Assembly: GCA_030390025.1 (NCBI GenBank)
Contig: CM059432.1
Location: forward strand, 23,252,001 to 23,316,000
Length of the DNA: 64,000 nucleotides
Direction of reading: 5' to 3'
Source: Squalus acanthias
Taxonomy: Eukaryota
The notes beneath the pieces were generated by a model. It had not been told where the DNA came from. It saw only the letters and a program-made list of their open reading frames with translations, and did no database searches. The position numbers were made by a program, and so were the translations under genes. This document shows positions 50,001-62,794 of the stretch, piece by piece; position 1 is the first letter of the stretch; every line of letters starts with the position of its first letter.

Positions 50001-53000
50001 AAGCTCAGTTCTAATAGCAGAGATCGGTATGAAAACAACTTGAAATCTTTCCATAGCTATTCACTGAAACTTATAAAAAGTTAAGAAATGAAACAAGAAA
50101 AGATCTCTTGGTCCATCAACCCGTTTTTTCCCCCAGAGACTGACCCTAAAAGTCTGCGACCTGTTATGCAGACTGCTGCTGTAAGTCTAGTGGGGCTCTG
50201 CCGGAATAGCCAAGACCTGGATGCGCAGAGTCTGGGCTTTAAGCCAGGGGATTCCACGATGGCCTAGTTGGGGCAGAGCCACCTCTCACCACTTCAAGGC
50301 CATTAATGTCATGAGGGTTGTGAACTCTGGAATACCAGTGTTTCCCCCATCCAGACACTCAACTGGGACCCAATGTAACGTCAATGGAGGTGCACTTGGT
50401 CACGCCAGGTGTTCCTTCCAGGAAGTGGGGCCCACCTAGGGGTTCAAGCCAGAGTGGAGGCCTGGACCCCTGAAGAGGCAGGCTCAAAGAGGCCAGCAAC
50501 TAATGTCACTTTATGCGGTCTCTTTTGCTGAGACGCACCACAGATGTATGCCCCCAGTACCAAATGCCTGTCTCTCTTGGCTCTACCCTCAATCCAAGAA
50601 CTTCAGCGGAGTCAGAAGAGGAGACCAGGGGTGGTTGCATCCTGGTGCTTACATCTGGCACCCCGTGGATTTTTGGGCCCACTATTGCCTTATTGTGGAG
50701 TTCACCAACTCATTCAACCACCTAGAGCGAAAGATCTGCAACATTTCCCTATGGCCCTCATAGGTAGTGAACAGAAGCTGAAGAATATCTCTCACAACGT
50801 TGATCATTCTACACCATTTACTGTGCTGCAATCTTTGGTCATAGGGGATCTACGGTTATATGTGTGGAGCATGGAAGGTAATATATTAATTATAAGTCCG
50901 CAGGCTAGTAAGCTACCTGGCATTATTCAATGCCACATGTATTTTATATTTGACTTTTCTACTACCACAGTTGGGGAGAGGCTAGGAGGTTACATGTTTA
51001 CAGAGTTGCTCCAGGGTGGAAGTCAAAATAAGCTTTGCTACCCGTCCCTCACGTAATCACCATTAAATTTGTTGTTCTCATCTTTTTGGTCCTTCTGTAA
51101 TACACACCATACAGGCATGTGATACCGGCAAGTGACTTCCTCCCAGTCGTTAGCCTGTACTATTTTAGAAGCTGATTGCTTGGACAAAAGTGGCCCAGGG
51201 CACAGCCGACATCAGCACATTGCCATGGCTCCCTTCCAACCAATCAATGTGCATATTTACCACTCTTGTCCACAACAGATTTTGTCTACTACAAGTCTAT
51301 TGACAGAAACGAGGTACACTTCTCTATGCTAAATAGCTTACTGAAAGCTTTCATACAATGGGTTGAAATGGTTTTCCTACCTTTTGATCCTGGTTCACCA
51401 GGGTAACCTTGGTGACCTTTGATACCTTGTGAGCCAATAGCACCTGGGTGGCCTGCAGGTCCTGGAGGTCCAGTTGGTCCTGGAGGTCCAGTTGATCCAG
51501 GACGGCCTGGTTCCCCAGATACTACTGGCCGTCTTAGGCTGGCAGACAGCTGAGATATTTGCTCTAAAAATAAAATAGCATAAGTGAGAGCTGGCCTCAC
51601 AAATTGAATATTAGTCAACCTTATTAGTTATTAATATGCACTATTTAATGCAATTTATGTTCTTTCAACCATTCTTATCCCACACTAAGTTCCATTCACA
51701 GGTCACCCCTATGCCACTAATGGTTCCCCATCTCCCAGCTCTCTGATTGCAACACTTTTATCCTGGTTTACAAATCCCCACATGGATTTGCCCATCCTGT
51801 ATCTGCAACCGACTCCAGCCCTACATTGATCTCCACTCCTTTAATCTTCCGTCTATGGTCTGTTGTGAATCGGCTACTGCCTTTACACCATTGGTGGTAT
51901 AGCTTTCAGTCATTATCCACACTCTTTCCCACCACCCCCCTCCCCTACCCCCAGCCCATTGGAATTCCCTTGATGAAAGCTTCCTTGCCATATCTCTTCC
52001 CACTTTCAAAAGTCTCCTCAAAATCTGCTTTTTTTCAATTGTGCCTTCTGCCACATGTTCTAAGCCTCCTCCCAAACACCTACTCGGTGTTTGGTTCACC
52101 CTCCCCCACGGTAAAATGCACTGGGACATTTTGCTACTTCAAAGGTGTTTTATATCATTTGTGGGACTTGAGCCCACAACTTTCTGAACCAGCATTAAAC
52201 CAAGGCTGACCCTTGAAGAAGAATCGCTTTGTGTGGTGAAATTGTAACCTGGTTCAGTTTAAATGTATTTCAAACTTAACGGCAGGACCTCATTAGCATT
52301 TTATTACTCCCGTTTCCTGCCCGGCAGCCAGCCGGATTGAGAGGCTGGCCATCTGCCAGGCGGAAAAGCCAGCATTAGAAGGCCACAGTCGAAGACCACT
52401 GAGGACGGTTCCCGGCAATCGGAGAAGATCGGGGTATGGTGGCGGGGGTGGGGCTCAGAGCATGGCAGCGAGGAGGGAGGGAGAAATCACGGGGAGGGTA
52501 GAGATCGCGGGGAGGGAGAGATTGCGGCAGAAGATTTGCTTGAAAGGCCGGAGGAAGCACTCCTGCTCCTCTTGGCCCACAAGCAGTGCTGGAAAAGCAC
52601 TTACCTGCTGGATCTGGCAGCTCACGCCTACTTTTAGCTGCCGGGTTTCCCGAGCCCTGTGAAACCCGGCCGGCAGCCATTAAATGCAAATGGATCCCAA
52701 AATCCGAGGAAAGGGGCCTCATTTAAATATTATAATTACGGACCCGTTTCTCCAGAGCGGGTTACTCGGACGCCTCCAAACCCATTGCGGTTAACTGACT
52801 GGCGTGTTCGCAGCGGGTTGGGGTTGGGTTTCACATTTTTACCGATTTAACATCCCCCTCCGACCCTTTCCCGTCCATCATGGTGGGGTTAAAATTCCCT
52901 ACACTGTCTATATTGCTAAATAACATATTGAAGTGATTTAAGTTAATTTTATTTTACTGAGAAACCTCGGTGAAGAGCCACGAGTTGTAGTCCAGGACAC

Positions 53001-56000
53001 CACTATGGTTCAGGAGGGTAGGGGAGAAGCCAAAGTAACCCTGGAAGTAACGATTAGGCAACGCTGAACTTGTTTTTCGAAAAGCATATTGATTATAGTA
53101 AGGAGGGAAGCCTGAGGGAGGTAAGGAGTTCCATTGTCAGCTAGAGAGAGGAGATGGTGCAATGAATCTTGATTTCAACAAAGTGAGAATGTTCCAGTAA
53201 CCTTAAACGTTCAATTAACTTTGTAAATCACTTCTGCTACACCCTTGCGTTGAACCTGTGTCACTGCTTTGTGACTTCCTCGAACTCATTATTACTTTTT
53301 CTGCAACAACTATATGGTCCATTACTGACCAGATTCATTCACGCGGTAGTTTAACAAGACGGGAAGGAAGCAAAGCCTTTGAAAACCAGTTGAATTCATT
53401 ACTTTGTAACAATATTGTTGGAGAATGTTTGCTCCCCAGCATTTTGGCCAGTGTTCAAGGCTTACCCTGTTTTTTTTAAAGAGCAGATTTTTCTCCTTTG
53501 TCCATAGCAGCAGTTATTTGTTAGCGGCTGTAACTGGAAAGCTGCCGGACCCCTGACAGAGGAGGATGCTGGGAATGATTCGGGCTGGGATCGGCCTCAG
53601 CTCAGAGAATAGTTTGTGTGATTTTTCTGCCCCTCCTCCCAATCACCTCTTCAAGGCAGGCTACAGCTCCAAAGTGCCAGCAGTCTTCTGATGCTTTACC
53701 CAAGTTACCATTCTTCAGACGTGAGCCTAGAAATTAAGCGCCCGCAGGCTATTCAACATGGGGAGGAGAGGGGAGGGAGCACTGTAGCCCATCCTGATGC
53801 TGCCCCCATCTGACCACCACACCCAAGTACTTCTCAGTACAGGTCACTCGCTAATGATCGGGAACAGGAATCTTGATTGATTTTTCCCTGCCCCAGCTCA
53901 AGGATACTCAGCCATGAACTCATTGAACAGGCTCGAGGAGCTGAGTAGTCTATTCCTGTTCCTATGATACCAATTGAAGCTGCCCTACCACTCCCCTGGC
54001 TGCAGATCAACTAGCTCAGACTGGGACACAAACTTAGATAAAATCACAGAAAGGATTAAAAGGAGATGCTAGAAAATGATTTCTTTATACTGAGGAGGGT
54101 TAGAACGTGGAATTCTCTGCCACAAAACAGGCATCCCTGGTGTTCGGTGTTGCTAAAGTGAGATTACGGCAAATATTGAAGGCCACCAGCAGAAAATCTA
54201 ATGGGCGGGAATATGCCTGCCAATTTTATGCTCCCATCCATCCCACTCTCATCAGGAAATTGGAAAAGGGAGAGTGAAAAATACAGAGAGCGCGAGGCCT
54301 TGAAATTACACTGTGCTAATAGAGCATACACATGCTTAATGAATTCACATGAAATTCATCTGTCAGTTACTTTAACAGAATGAAATGCCTCTATTAAAAT
54401 AGCAGACAATGGAAAGGGACAGACAGAGGGAGCACCAGACAGATGGAGGGACAGATCTTAAACCCCTTGAAAATGAAAACTCTCAAAAGTACAAGCTGAA
54501 GACGGCACCCACTCACTCACCTTGAATCATGCTCATACACACCTCCCTGATTCGGCGCTCACTTGGCTCTTTGCCCTGTGGAAGAAGATTTAGTTTAGCA
54601 GCAAAGGCACATTGGAAAGATCGAACAAAAGAATTTAGTCATTGCTTGCCCTTAAAGCTGCAGCACTGAACTATTGGGGTGAATTTTAAAAGGTTTTTGT
54701 TGTCAATATAGTCAGGATACATTCAGAAGTTTTTAGCAATCCTGAGTTCTAATGCATGACAGCTATGAGAAATAAAGTATATAATGATAGTTTTAGCAAA
54801 CGCGCACAGTGCGTTAACGCAATCTCCTTTTGCCTCTGAGGCCTGGCTTGGAATCCAGTCCAGACTAATGGGATATATGCAAGGGTGTTATAATGGTCAG
54901 TCACAATCTAATTCCTGGTAGAAGTAAATCCACAACACAAAACTGCCTATAATTCAGCACAATTGGCAATAAATTTACAGAGTAGATTTTCCTCTTCAGC
55001 ATCCAGGCATAAAGGATTGGCAGGGCATAAGTATTTATCGCCCAGGCTGCAAGAGGAAAACTTGCCCACAGTCTCAATCTGCCTCCAGTTCTTTGAAGTG
55101 CCTGATGTTGGAATGATTATAGTGGAGACCAGAAAGGAAACTTAAAATATTCACCAAAAACACGAAGGTTAGATGCAAACAACTGGTTGTCTTGCCACAG
55201 AAACTTAACAAGTGGTAAACTTGGGTCAAAGCCAAAGAAATATGTTTGAGTACCATTGACCTCAACGGTATCTCAAAAACTGCTCAGAGATTATCCAGGG
55301 CCCTAAACACTCCTTCCAGCTGAAACAGCGATTTACTTGTACTTCTTTCAAATTTAGTATACTGTATTCGCTGCTCACGATGCAGTCTCCTCTACACTGG
55401 GGAGACCAAACGCAGATTGGGTGACTGCTTTGTGAACACCTCCATTCAGTCCGTAAGCGTGACCCCGGGCTTCCGGTCACCTGTCATTTTAATTCACTGA
55501 CCACTCCCACTCTGACCTCTCTATCCTCGGCCTCCTACACTGTTCCAATGAAGCTCAACGTAAGCTCGAGGAACAGCACCTCATCTTTCTATTAGGCACT
55601 TTACAGCCTTCCGGACTCAACACGGAGTTCAACAATTTCAGATCATAACCTCTGCCCCCATTTTTTTGACGGCAGCTGTTACGGATGATTCTGCTATTCC
55701 CATTTACACCTCCTCTAGACCCATCTTCTGATTCTTTATTTGTCCCATTACCATCTCCTTTTGCCTTGTACCATCATCCCTTTTGTCATTTAATCTCTCT
55801 TGCCTTCCACCCTCTCACAGACCTTCCCTTTTGTTCTTTCCTCTGTTCGCCCCCTTTCCCTGCCTCTGTACTTGCTTAAAACCTGTTACATCTTTAACTT
55901 TTTCCAGTTCTGACGAAAGGTCATCGACCTGAAACGTTAACTCTGTTCCTCTCTCCATAGCTGCTGCCTGACCTGCTGAATATTTCCAAAATGTTCTGTT

Positions 56001-59000
56001 TTTATTTCAGATTTCCAGCATCCACATTATTTGGCCTTTGCTCAGAAATCATTCTCCACAGGTAACCTTAACCTTCCTAGAAACAAGGATCTCCACAATT
56101 AATTAATGGGCTGTGTCTGCTTAAATCTGTAGCTGCAAAATATTTGTACAATCTTGCCTGAACAAAGAAACTATATTATATTATATATTATAAGAGATGT
56201 CCAACATGGCAGCATGACAACTCTGGGTTGAGATCCTATTGATAAAGCACTCAATCTTTGTAGATGCAGTGTATACTCTTGCAGTTTATGATATCAGCTC
56301 CTTTTCTCAATGTGCCACTAACATTTTTTACATTCATTTCATTCTTGGGTTGTGGGCGTCGCTGGCAAGGCTGGCACTTATTGCACATCCCTGGTTGCCC
56401 TGAGAATGTGGTGGTGGGCCTTATTCTTGAACTTTCTGAAATGAGCTGGCCTTGCAATATGGGACAAGGTTAGCTCACTGCAGAGCAGGTACGTGCAGCA
56501 TTTGAGGAGCAGTGGGCTCAGCAGCTTTGCACCAGGATTGCAATATCGATCCCATAATGTTCCGAGCACATCTTCCCTCGGATACTTACATGTTTACCTG
56601 GTGAGCCAGGAAGCCCGGGAACCCCTCGTACTCCTTCCAATCCTCGAGCACCGACTGCACCTGGAGGTCCCTGAAAACCAGGCCGCCCACGAGGCCCTTG
56701 CGGCCCAATCGGGCCGGATTCACCAAGAGTTCCAGACTATGGAGGTAAAACCAAAAGGCTTGACTCTGGCAGATGTGTACATTCTACTTTAATGCAACAA
56801 AACAAAAAGATAGAAATGCATTTGTAATTAGGCTGGCAAATCTCAAATTAAATTCCAGATTGATTTGTATCTGATTGACAATGTAGGTCAACTATTCTGG
56901 TTTCATTTTAATCGACCCACAGTTGCACTTAATTCGTAGCTCTGTATAAAGCTCAAGACTTGAATACTGTTCCACGATCTGAATAAATCTCACACTCCAG
57001 GGCAGGATTAAAGAAAACGTTCACTAAAATAATCTCCATACAATCATCCAAAGCTTTTCAGTTCTTTGCAAAGCAAAAAATCCCTGTTTGGATTTCCAAC
57101 CCATTAGCTCTCACTTCCTCTCCTCCTCCCTTTTTGTTTTGTTCAGTTCCATTAATACTTCACTTATCTTCCAGTTTCTAGTTCTGATGAAGGGTCTACA
57201 CCCAAAACGTTAACCCGACTTTCTCCTTACAGATGCCACCTGTCCTGCTGTGCATTTCAAGCATTTTGTGCTTTTACCTCAGATTTTTGGCATTTGTAGT
57301 ATGTTTCTTTATATTTCCAAAAAAAGCATTATTTGAAAAGTGATCCTTTGCCTCCAAACCTCTATCGCTCTCCATTGCAACCTTTCTTGTCTTTCTGTTT
57401 TATTGATGCTGAAAAGCTCATACCAGTTTAATTTTTCTTCTAAGCTGAACATCCTCCATCCCCGTTATGTTGAAATCAAGACTTACCACACCATCTCCTT
57501 CTCTAGCCCATGTGTTGAGGAACTCAAGTCAGTGTCGGCTTCCTTCTACAATCTACAAGCTTTTAAAACCCAACCTTGGCACTATCTAATCATTAGGAAC
57601 ATTGGAATATAGGATCAGGAGGAGGCCATTCAGCCCCTTGAGCCTGTTTCGCCATTCAATGAGATCATGGCTGATCTGCGACCTAACTTCATATTGGTCT
57701 TTGGCCCATATCCCTTAATACCTTTGATTAACAAAAAGCTATCAATCTTAGATTTAAAATTAATAATTGATCTAGCACCAATTGCCATTTGCAGAAGAGA
57801 GTTCCAAACTACTACCACCCTTTGTGTGTAGAAGTGTTTCCTAATTTCACTCCTGAAAGGTCTGGCTCTAATTTTGTAGACTATGCCCCCTAGTCCTAGA
57901 ATACCCAACCAGCGGAAATAGTTTATCTCTATCTATCCTATCTGTTCCCCTTAATATCTTCAAAACTTCGATCAGATCACCCCTTAACCTTCTAAATTCT
58001 AGGGAATACAACCCTAATTTGTGTAATCGCTCCTCATAACTTAACCCTTGAAGTCCAAGGATCATTCTGGTAAATCTACTCTGCACTCTGTCCAAGGCCA
58101 ATATATGCTTCCTAAGGTGTGGTGCCCAGAACTGCTCACAGTACTCCAGGTGTGGTCTAACCAGGGTTTTGTATAGCTGCAGCACAACTTCTACCCCCTT
58201 GTATTCTAGTCCTCTAGATATAAAGGCTAGCATTCCATTAGCCTTTTTGATTATTTTCAGTACCTGTTCATGACATTTTAATGATCTATGTACCTGGACC
58301 CCCAATTCTCTTTGGACCTCCACTGTTTTTAGCTTTTCACCATTTAGAAGGTACCCTGCTCTATCCTTTTTAGGTCCAATTAGCCTCACATTTGCCTACA
58401 CTGAAATCCATTTGCCACTTACTTCTTGGCTTCTCTTCTTTAGAAGGAAAAAGAAAATTGGTGGGGAGGGGGTCAGGTTTTATCGTATCTGACCTTGTAC
58501 CTCATGCTTAACAAAATACCATCACCACCAATCTCAAAACAATTAGAACCAATATTAAAATGAAATCTCTAGAACTATTTGCCCCCATTAAGTTGATACA
58601 TACCTCTCCTTTCTTGCCTTGAACACCAGGAATGCCCTTTAAAAGACAAATACATAATTTTCCTCAAAAATATTGAACATCTACAAAAGAGAGCAATGCT
58701 TACACTGTAACAGAACCATGGGGGTAATATTCACCTCCTACTGCATGGGGGAGCAGATCGCCCTCCCATTGTAGAACCCGCCCGATTTTCAGCTCATCGC
58801 CGCTCGCCCAGGTACTGCCCAGGAGGCAAATGAAAATTGTCTAAAGACCCCACTTGGTCTTGATTCCCTGTGTGCAGTGCCATGGGAGATTGACAAATAC
58901 ACCTACAGAGAAATATACATGGAAGCTGCTCCTTAATTGGAAAAATGGGAATGTGTAGCAATTGCTGCCGCATTATCTCCAAATAATACCGTAATCCCGG

Positions 59001-62000
59001 AAATAATTAATGGACACTCAGGAAAAAACGATATGCCAGGTGAAGATCATTCTTTAAGAATATAAAATCAGTGAGAATCGATTCCTTCCCAAACACTCAA
59101 CGGTAGCTAATAATTCTCCCGTAATTGCTTGACTCAAAAATTTCAGTTTGAGCAGAAGTTTTGCTGGGGAATTTCATAGTGCAGTAAATGCCAAGAGCCA
59201 CCAGGTGGAGCAAGAGTCATGGACCTATGTTTACAAAGGCTCAATACGAAGGACTTCGGGGAAAAATTCCATTGGTTATCGCCTTCAGTTAGCGCCTGGC
59301 AGGGGCGCTAACGGAGCGCCGATGAAGTAGCGCTGGGGTGAGGCGAATCCAGAGACGCACGCCAAATCCGCCCCCCCCCCACCACCCCCCGTAGTGCCGC
59401 CACTACGAGTTACCGCCGGGGACCTCAGCGCCAGGCAGATCGTGATGTCAGTGAGCGTGCAACAGGGAGAGGAGGCGTCAAGCAGGCAGATGCCGGCTCC
59501 AGGGGCGCTACTTAAAGGGATCATGAGTAATGAGTCGCAGTTATCAGGTTAGTGCTGTTTCACTGCTTCCTTTCAGTTTGACATTGTGCAACAGTTTAAT
59601 TCAGTCATTTAAAGGTTGTTTAGTATCAGGAGTGTTGTGGCTATTAACAATTAGTTACATTTATTCTCACAACATATTAAAGTGCTACACTTGGTTACAT
59701 TAATGGGGGCTGTACTGGCAGTCGATCTCGCCCTCCAGGATCTACGGTGGAGGGAGCGGAGGCAGCAAGAAAGATTGGAACATGTGGCCAGAGGGAGGAG
59801 AAGGGCCATGAGGGCTGCTTGAGTCTTCCGGCTCCTTCTCCTTGACCTGCTGCTGCTGGCTGAGACGGCTGCACAGCCAGCAATGATGAGAATGAGGTTC
59901 TGCAGCATCAATGAACCTCCCCTTTAAGAACTGGAAAGAGTCTGTGGCAATGATGACTTGTGATTAGACTGCACCCGATATTGGTCAGCACTTCGAGTTT
60001 AACGCCACTGAGGTAGGCCATTAGCACTTGATTTAGTGCTCCAATCCTTTCTTTGTGCAATGAGACTTAATTTTGGGTGCAGTCTGAAGCATTAGCGCCT
60101 GGCGCTAATTCTCAAACTTTTCAAATGTTACCACCCATCCCTGGGCTATAATGAATTTCTCCCCCTTTAACTTATTTCATAGCTTACCTGCTCGCCCTTT
60201 TCTCCAGACTCGCCATTTATACCTGGTTTTCCCTTTTAAAAGTAAAATTAAAGAGATTCAATCAGGTAGTGCCCGAGTCTATCGGGGACATGATACAGTG
60301 TCATTGCAGATAATCACCAGTCACAGGTGTATAAGCATTGGTACATTTGAAAGATGTCACCCTCAGGATTATCAACCATCATTTCTTTTATACATCTGAA
60401 TTTTATCCAGATCATTATCACGGTGCTCGGTCAACACAATAATTTAGTCCAAGGTGTTTACTATGATGGATGATGAATAAATCAATTCTAACATTGCAAC
60501 AGTGACTACACTTCAAAAATACTTCATTGGCTGTGAAGTGTTTTGGGAGGGCTTGAGATTGCGGAAGGCGCTATATAAATGCAAGTCCTTTCATTCCTTA
60601 ATAACAACAATAACTTGGACTTATATAGTGCCCTTATTATAGAAAATTGTTCCAAAGCACTTCACAGAGGTATAATTAAAAAAAATGGATGTTGAGCCAA
60701 AGTAGGAGATATTGAGAGAGGTGACCAAAAGATTGGTCAAAGAGGTGTCTTTAAGGAGGTATTAAAGGAAGAGATGGAGGTGCAGGACCTGAGGAGTTTA
60801 GGGAGGGAATTCCAGAGTGTGGGGTCTAGGCGGCTAATGGCATGATCACCAATGGTGGGGGAGGAGGAGATACACAAGAAGCCTGAGTTAGAGGAATGGA
60901 GAGTTGTGGGGTTGTAGGGCTGGAGGAGGTTACAGAGACAGGGAGAGGCAAGGCCATGGAGGGACATAAGGGTGCAAATTTTAAGTTTGAGGCATTGGGG
61001 ACGAGGAGCCAGTGTAGGTCATCAAGGACTTGAGTAATTTGTGAGCAGGATTTGGTCGAGGATAGGATAGGGGCAGCAGATATACTTAACTCTAGCACAA
61101 CTCTCTCGTGGTTCAGTTGGTGAATTCACCACTCAGTATACAACCGGGTCTTAAGTGGTGATTTTGCAATATCGAGGCTGTGAATGGCTAGCTGTCTAGC
61201 CCAAGTTAGCCCACAACAAACTGAGATGGCATTGCCCTAATTTAAAGTCATTTGAACAACTCAAAGGCCTAGATTTTCCAATTGGCATTAACCTTTTAAT
61301 AATGGATGAGCAGCACTGCCGATGAGGAAGCATTGAGAAAGCTGCACAATGCTGCAAGATGCCCATTTACGTCAAATTTGGAGCTTTAACAAGGCTTGTG
61401 TTAACCAAGAGTGCAGCCTCAAAACAGGCAGCTGTGTTTCCCCACATGGGACTTGCTGCGAATTGGGCACACTACCCATTTCACAACCCTTGTACCCAGC
61501 CAGCGATGCTTCGCACCACTAGTGGGACTTTGCGAAATGCCCCCTACACAGTCCAGAGATGTTCCAGGTTTGATCCTCATTCTTTGTTGAGTTCACGGAT
61601 CTCAGCAGTTACATCTGTAGAGGTGCTTCAATTGGTCGTAGCACCCCTGGGGTAGGGAGAGGGAAATAAAAAAACAAATCAGACCTCCTGATTACTAACC
61701 AGTGACTCTCGCTGCAAAGTGCGCGTGTGTTGACATCAACTGAGGATAGCAGGAGGCTTGGCTGTAATGCTGACTATCCTCCCAACACTTTAATGTCAAG
61801 TTTCAAGCACGGAGAAGAGCCACTTGGATGAGATGGGGCAACAGCTGTATTCTTGTATGAGTCAGCAGCTTCAGGAGAAGGGGAAGAAATTGGGTTGGGA
61901 AGGGGGGGGGACTTTACATTCTCCTCCTTTAAAATCAAAACTTAACCACGGATAGGATTCTGCGATGAACAATAATAACTTTTATCAGCTTTTGCTGGTT

Positions 62001-62083
62001 GCCTTTCTGAATGTCAACACCACTGAATGGATGCACAATTATTTTACCTCATTTCCTTTGAGACCATGAATACCAGCAGAGCC
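46883..62083 (-). CDS. Collagen IX alpha chain, COL9A3-like, 3' part (8 coding exons; the gene continues beyond the window end)
   Basis: Exons 62083-62048, 60232-60188, 58636-58604, 56736-56590, 54575-54521, 51563-51381, 49976-49899 and 47094-46883 splice in frame. NC2 [31 protein letters not shown] resembles recalled human COL9A3 GKEASEQRIRELCGGMISEQIAQLAAHLRKP, and GICDASSC resembles GICDTSAC. Orthology (COL9A3 or a sister paralogue) is unresolved. Confidence 0.85.
49899..49976 (-). CDS. COL9-like exon, 78 bp ([26 protein letters not shown])
   Basis: tgacag|GT...CCCG|gtaaac. Confidence 0.9.
51381..51563 (-). CDS. COL9-like exon, 183 bp ([23 protein letters not shown]...GEPGSK)
   Basis: ttttag|AG...AAAG|gtagga; 61 codons, equal to the recalled COL9A3 segment (the COL9A1 equivalent is 2 residues longer). 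Confidence 0.92.
54521..54575 (-). CDS. COL9-like NC2 exon, 55 bp ([18 protein letters not shown])
   Basis: ccacag|GGC...CAAG|gtgagt; NC2 cysteine present. Confidence 0.9.
54795..54975 (+). mobile_element. Old SINE fragment resembling LF-SINE
   Basis: ccttttgcctctgaggcctggcttggaatccagtccag...tccacaacacaaaactgcc...cacaattggca resembles the recalled LF-SINE consensus. Confidence 0.4.
55290..56040 (+). mobile_element. Penelope-like element 3' fragment
   Basis: GIY-YIG remnant ([24 protein letters not shown]) and the same 3' tail as 36190-36659. Confidence 0.85.
56590..56736 (-). CDS. COL9-like exon, 147 bp ([11 protein letters not shown]...GSPGKH)
   Basis: ccatag|TCT...CAT|gtaagt. Confidence 0.9.
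57594..58420 (-). mobile_element. CR1 LINE 3' fragment
   Basis: [20 protein letters not shown]...[21 protein letters not shown]. Confidence 0.88.
58604..58636 (-). CDS. COL9-like exon, 33 bp ([11 protein letters not shown])
   Basis: ttaaag|GGC...GAG|gtatgt; the last triplet is completed by Ser of the next exon, as recalled for collagen IX genes. Confidence 0.87.
59257..60165. mobile_element. Harbinger-type non-autonomous element related to 16864-18193
   Basis: Termini GGGGAAAAATTC / GAATTTCTCCCCC; shares cctcccctttaagaactggaa and subterminal tagcgcc motifs with 17920-18150. Confidence 0.7.
60188..60232 (-). CDS. COL9-like exon, 45 bp ([15 protein letters not shown])
   Basis: taaaag|GGA...CAG|gtaagc. 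Confidence 0.87.
60600..61080 (-). mobile_element. L2-type LINE 3' fragment
   Basis: [18 protein letters not shown]...LWNSLP remnant with a (TTG)n-like tail. Confidence 0.7.
62048..62083 (-). CDS. COL9-like exon, 36 bp ([12 protein letters not shown])
   Basis: tttcag|GGC...GAG|gtaaaa on the minus strand. Confidence 0.85.
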
Positions 62084-62374
62084 CTGAAAAGACAAAACAA
62101 ACGTGAGTTTACAGTATCTGAATAAACCATTAGCAATGACCTAATGTGATCATCAGTTTCTGGGGTTGATCAATCAGTGCAGGAAAGAACATGGCCTTGA
62201 AATGATATTCTGGGGATAAACCCTTCAAAAGAACACAGTTCTGATGATGGTGGTCTGCATCCGTGGTGTTTGCTTTTTTCCCCCTTTTCAGTGCTGATGG
62301 ATTGACTTTCACATAACTTGCACCTGTGGGGTTTTTTTTAGTCCAATTTTCCCCATTTCCTTGCCTTTTACATT

Positions 62375-62794
62375 GTGATCCTCATCCTTGTTTTCAAATC
62401 CCTCCATGGCCTCGCCCTTCCTATCTCTGTAATCTCCTTCAGCCCCACAACCTCCTCCCCCCCCCCCCACCCCCCGAGATATCTGCGCTCCTCTAATTCT
62501 GCCCTCTTGAGCATCCCTGATTATAATCGCTCACCCTTTGGTGGCCATGCCTTTTGTCGCCTAGGCCCTAAGCTCTGGAATTCCCTGCCTAAACCTGTCC
62601 GCCTCGCTACCTCTCTTTCCTTCTTTAAGACGCTCCTTAAAACCTACCTCTTTGACCAAGCTCTTGGTCACCTGCCCTAAATTTATCCTTATGTGGCTTG
62701 GTGTCAAATTTTTTGTCTTAAAATACTCCTGTGTATCGCCTTGGGACGTTTTACTACGTTAAAGGCGCTATATAAATACAAGTTGTTGTTGTTG
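62375..62794 (+). mobile_element. L2-type LINE 3' fragment
   Basis: LILVFKSLHGLA...RYLRSSNSALL...GPKLWNSLP...FKTLLKTYLF; ends in aaggcgctatataaatacaag(ttg)n. Confidence 0.78.

Noticed and set aside
46883..62083. Calling the pair COL19A1/COL9A1 on synteny alone
   Set aside because: The NC2 and NC1 peptides match recalled COL22A1 and COL9A3 much better than COL19A1 and COL9A1.
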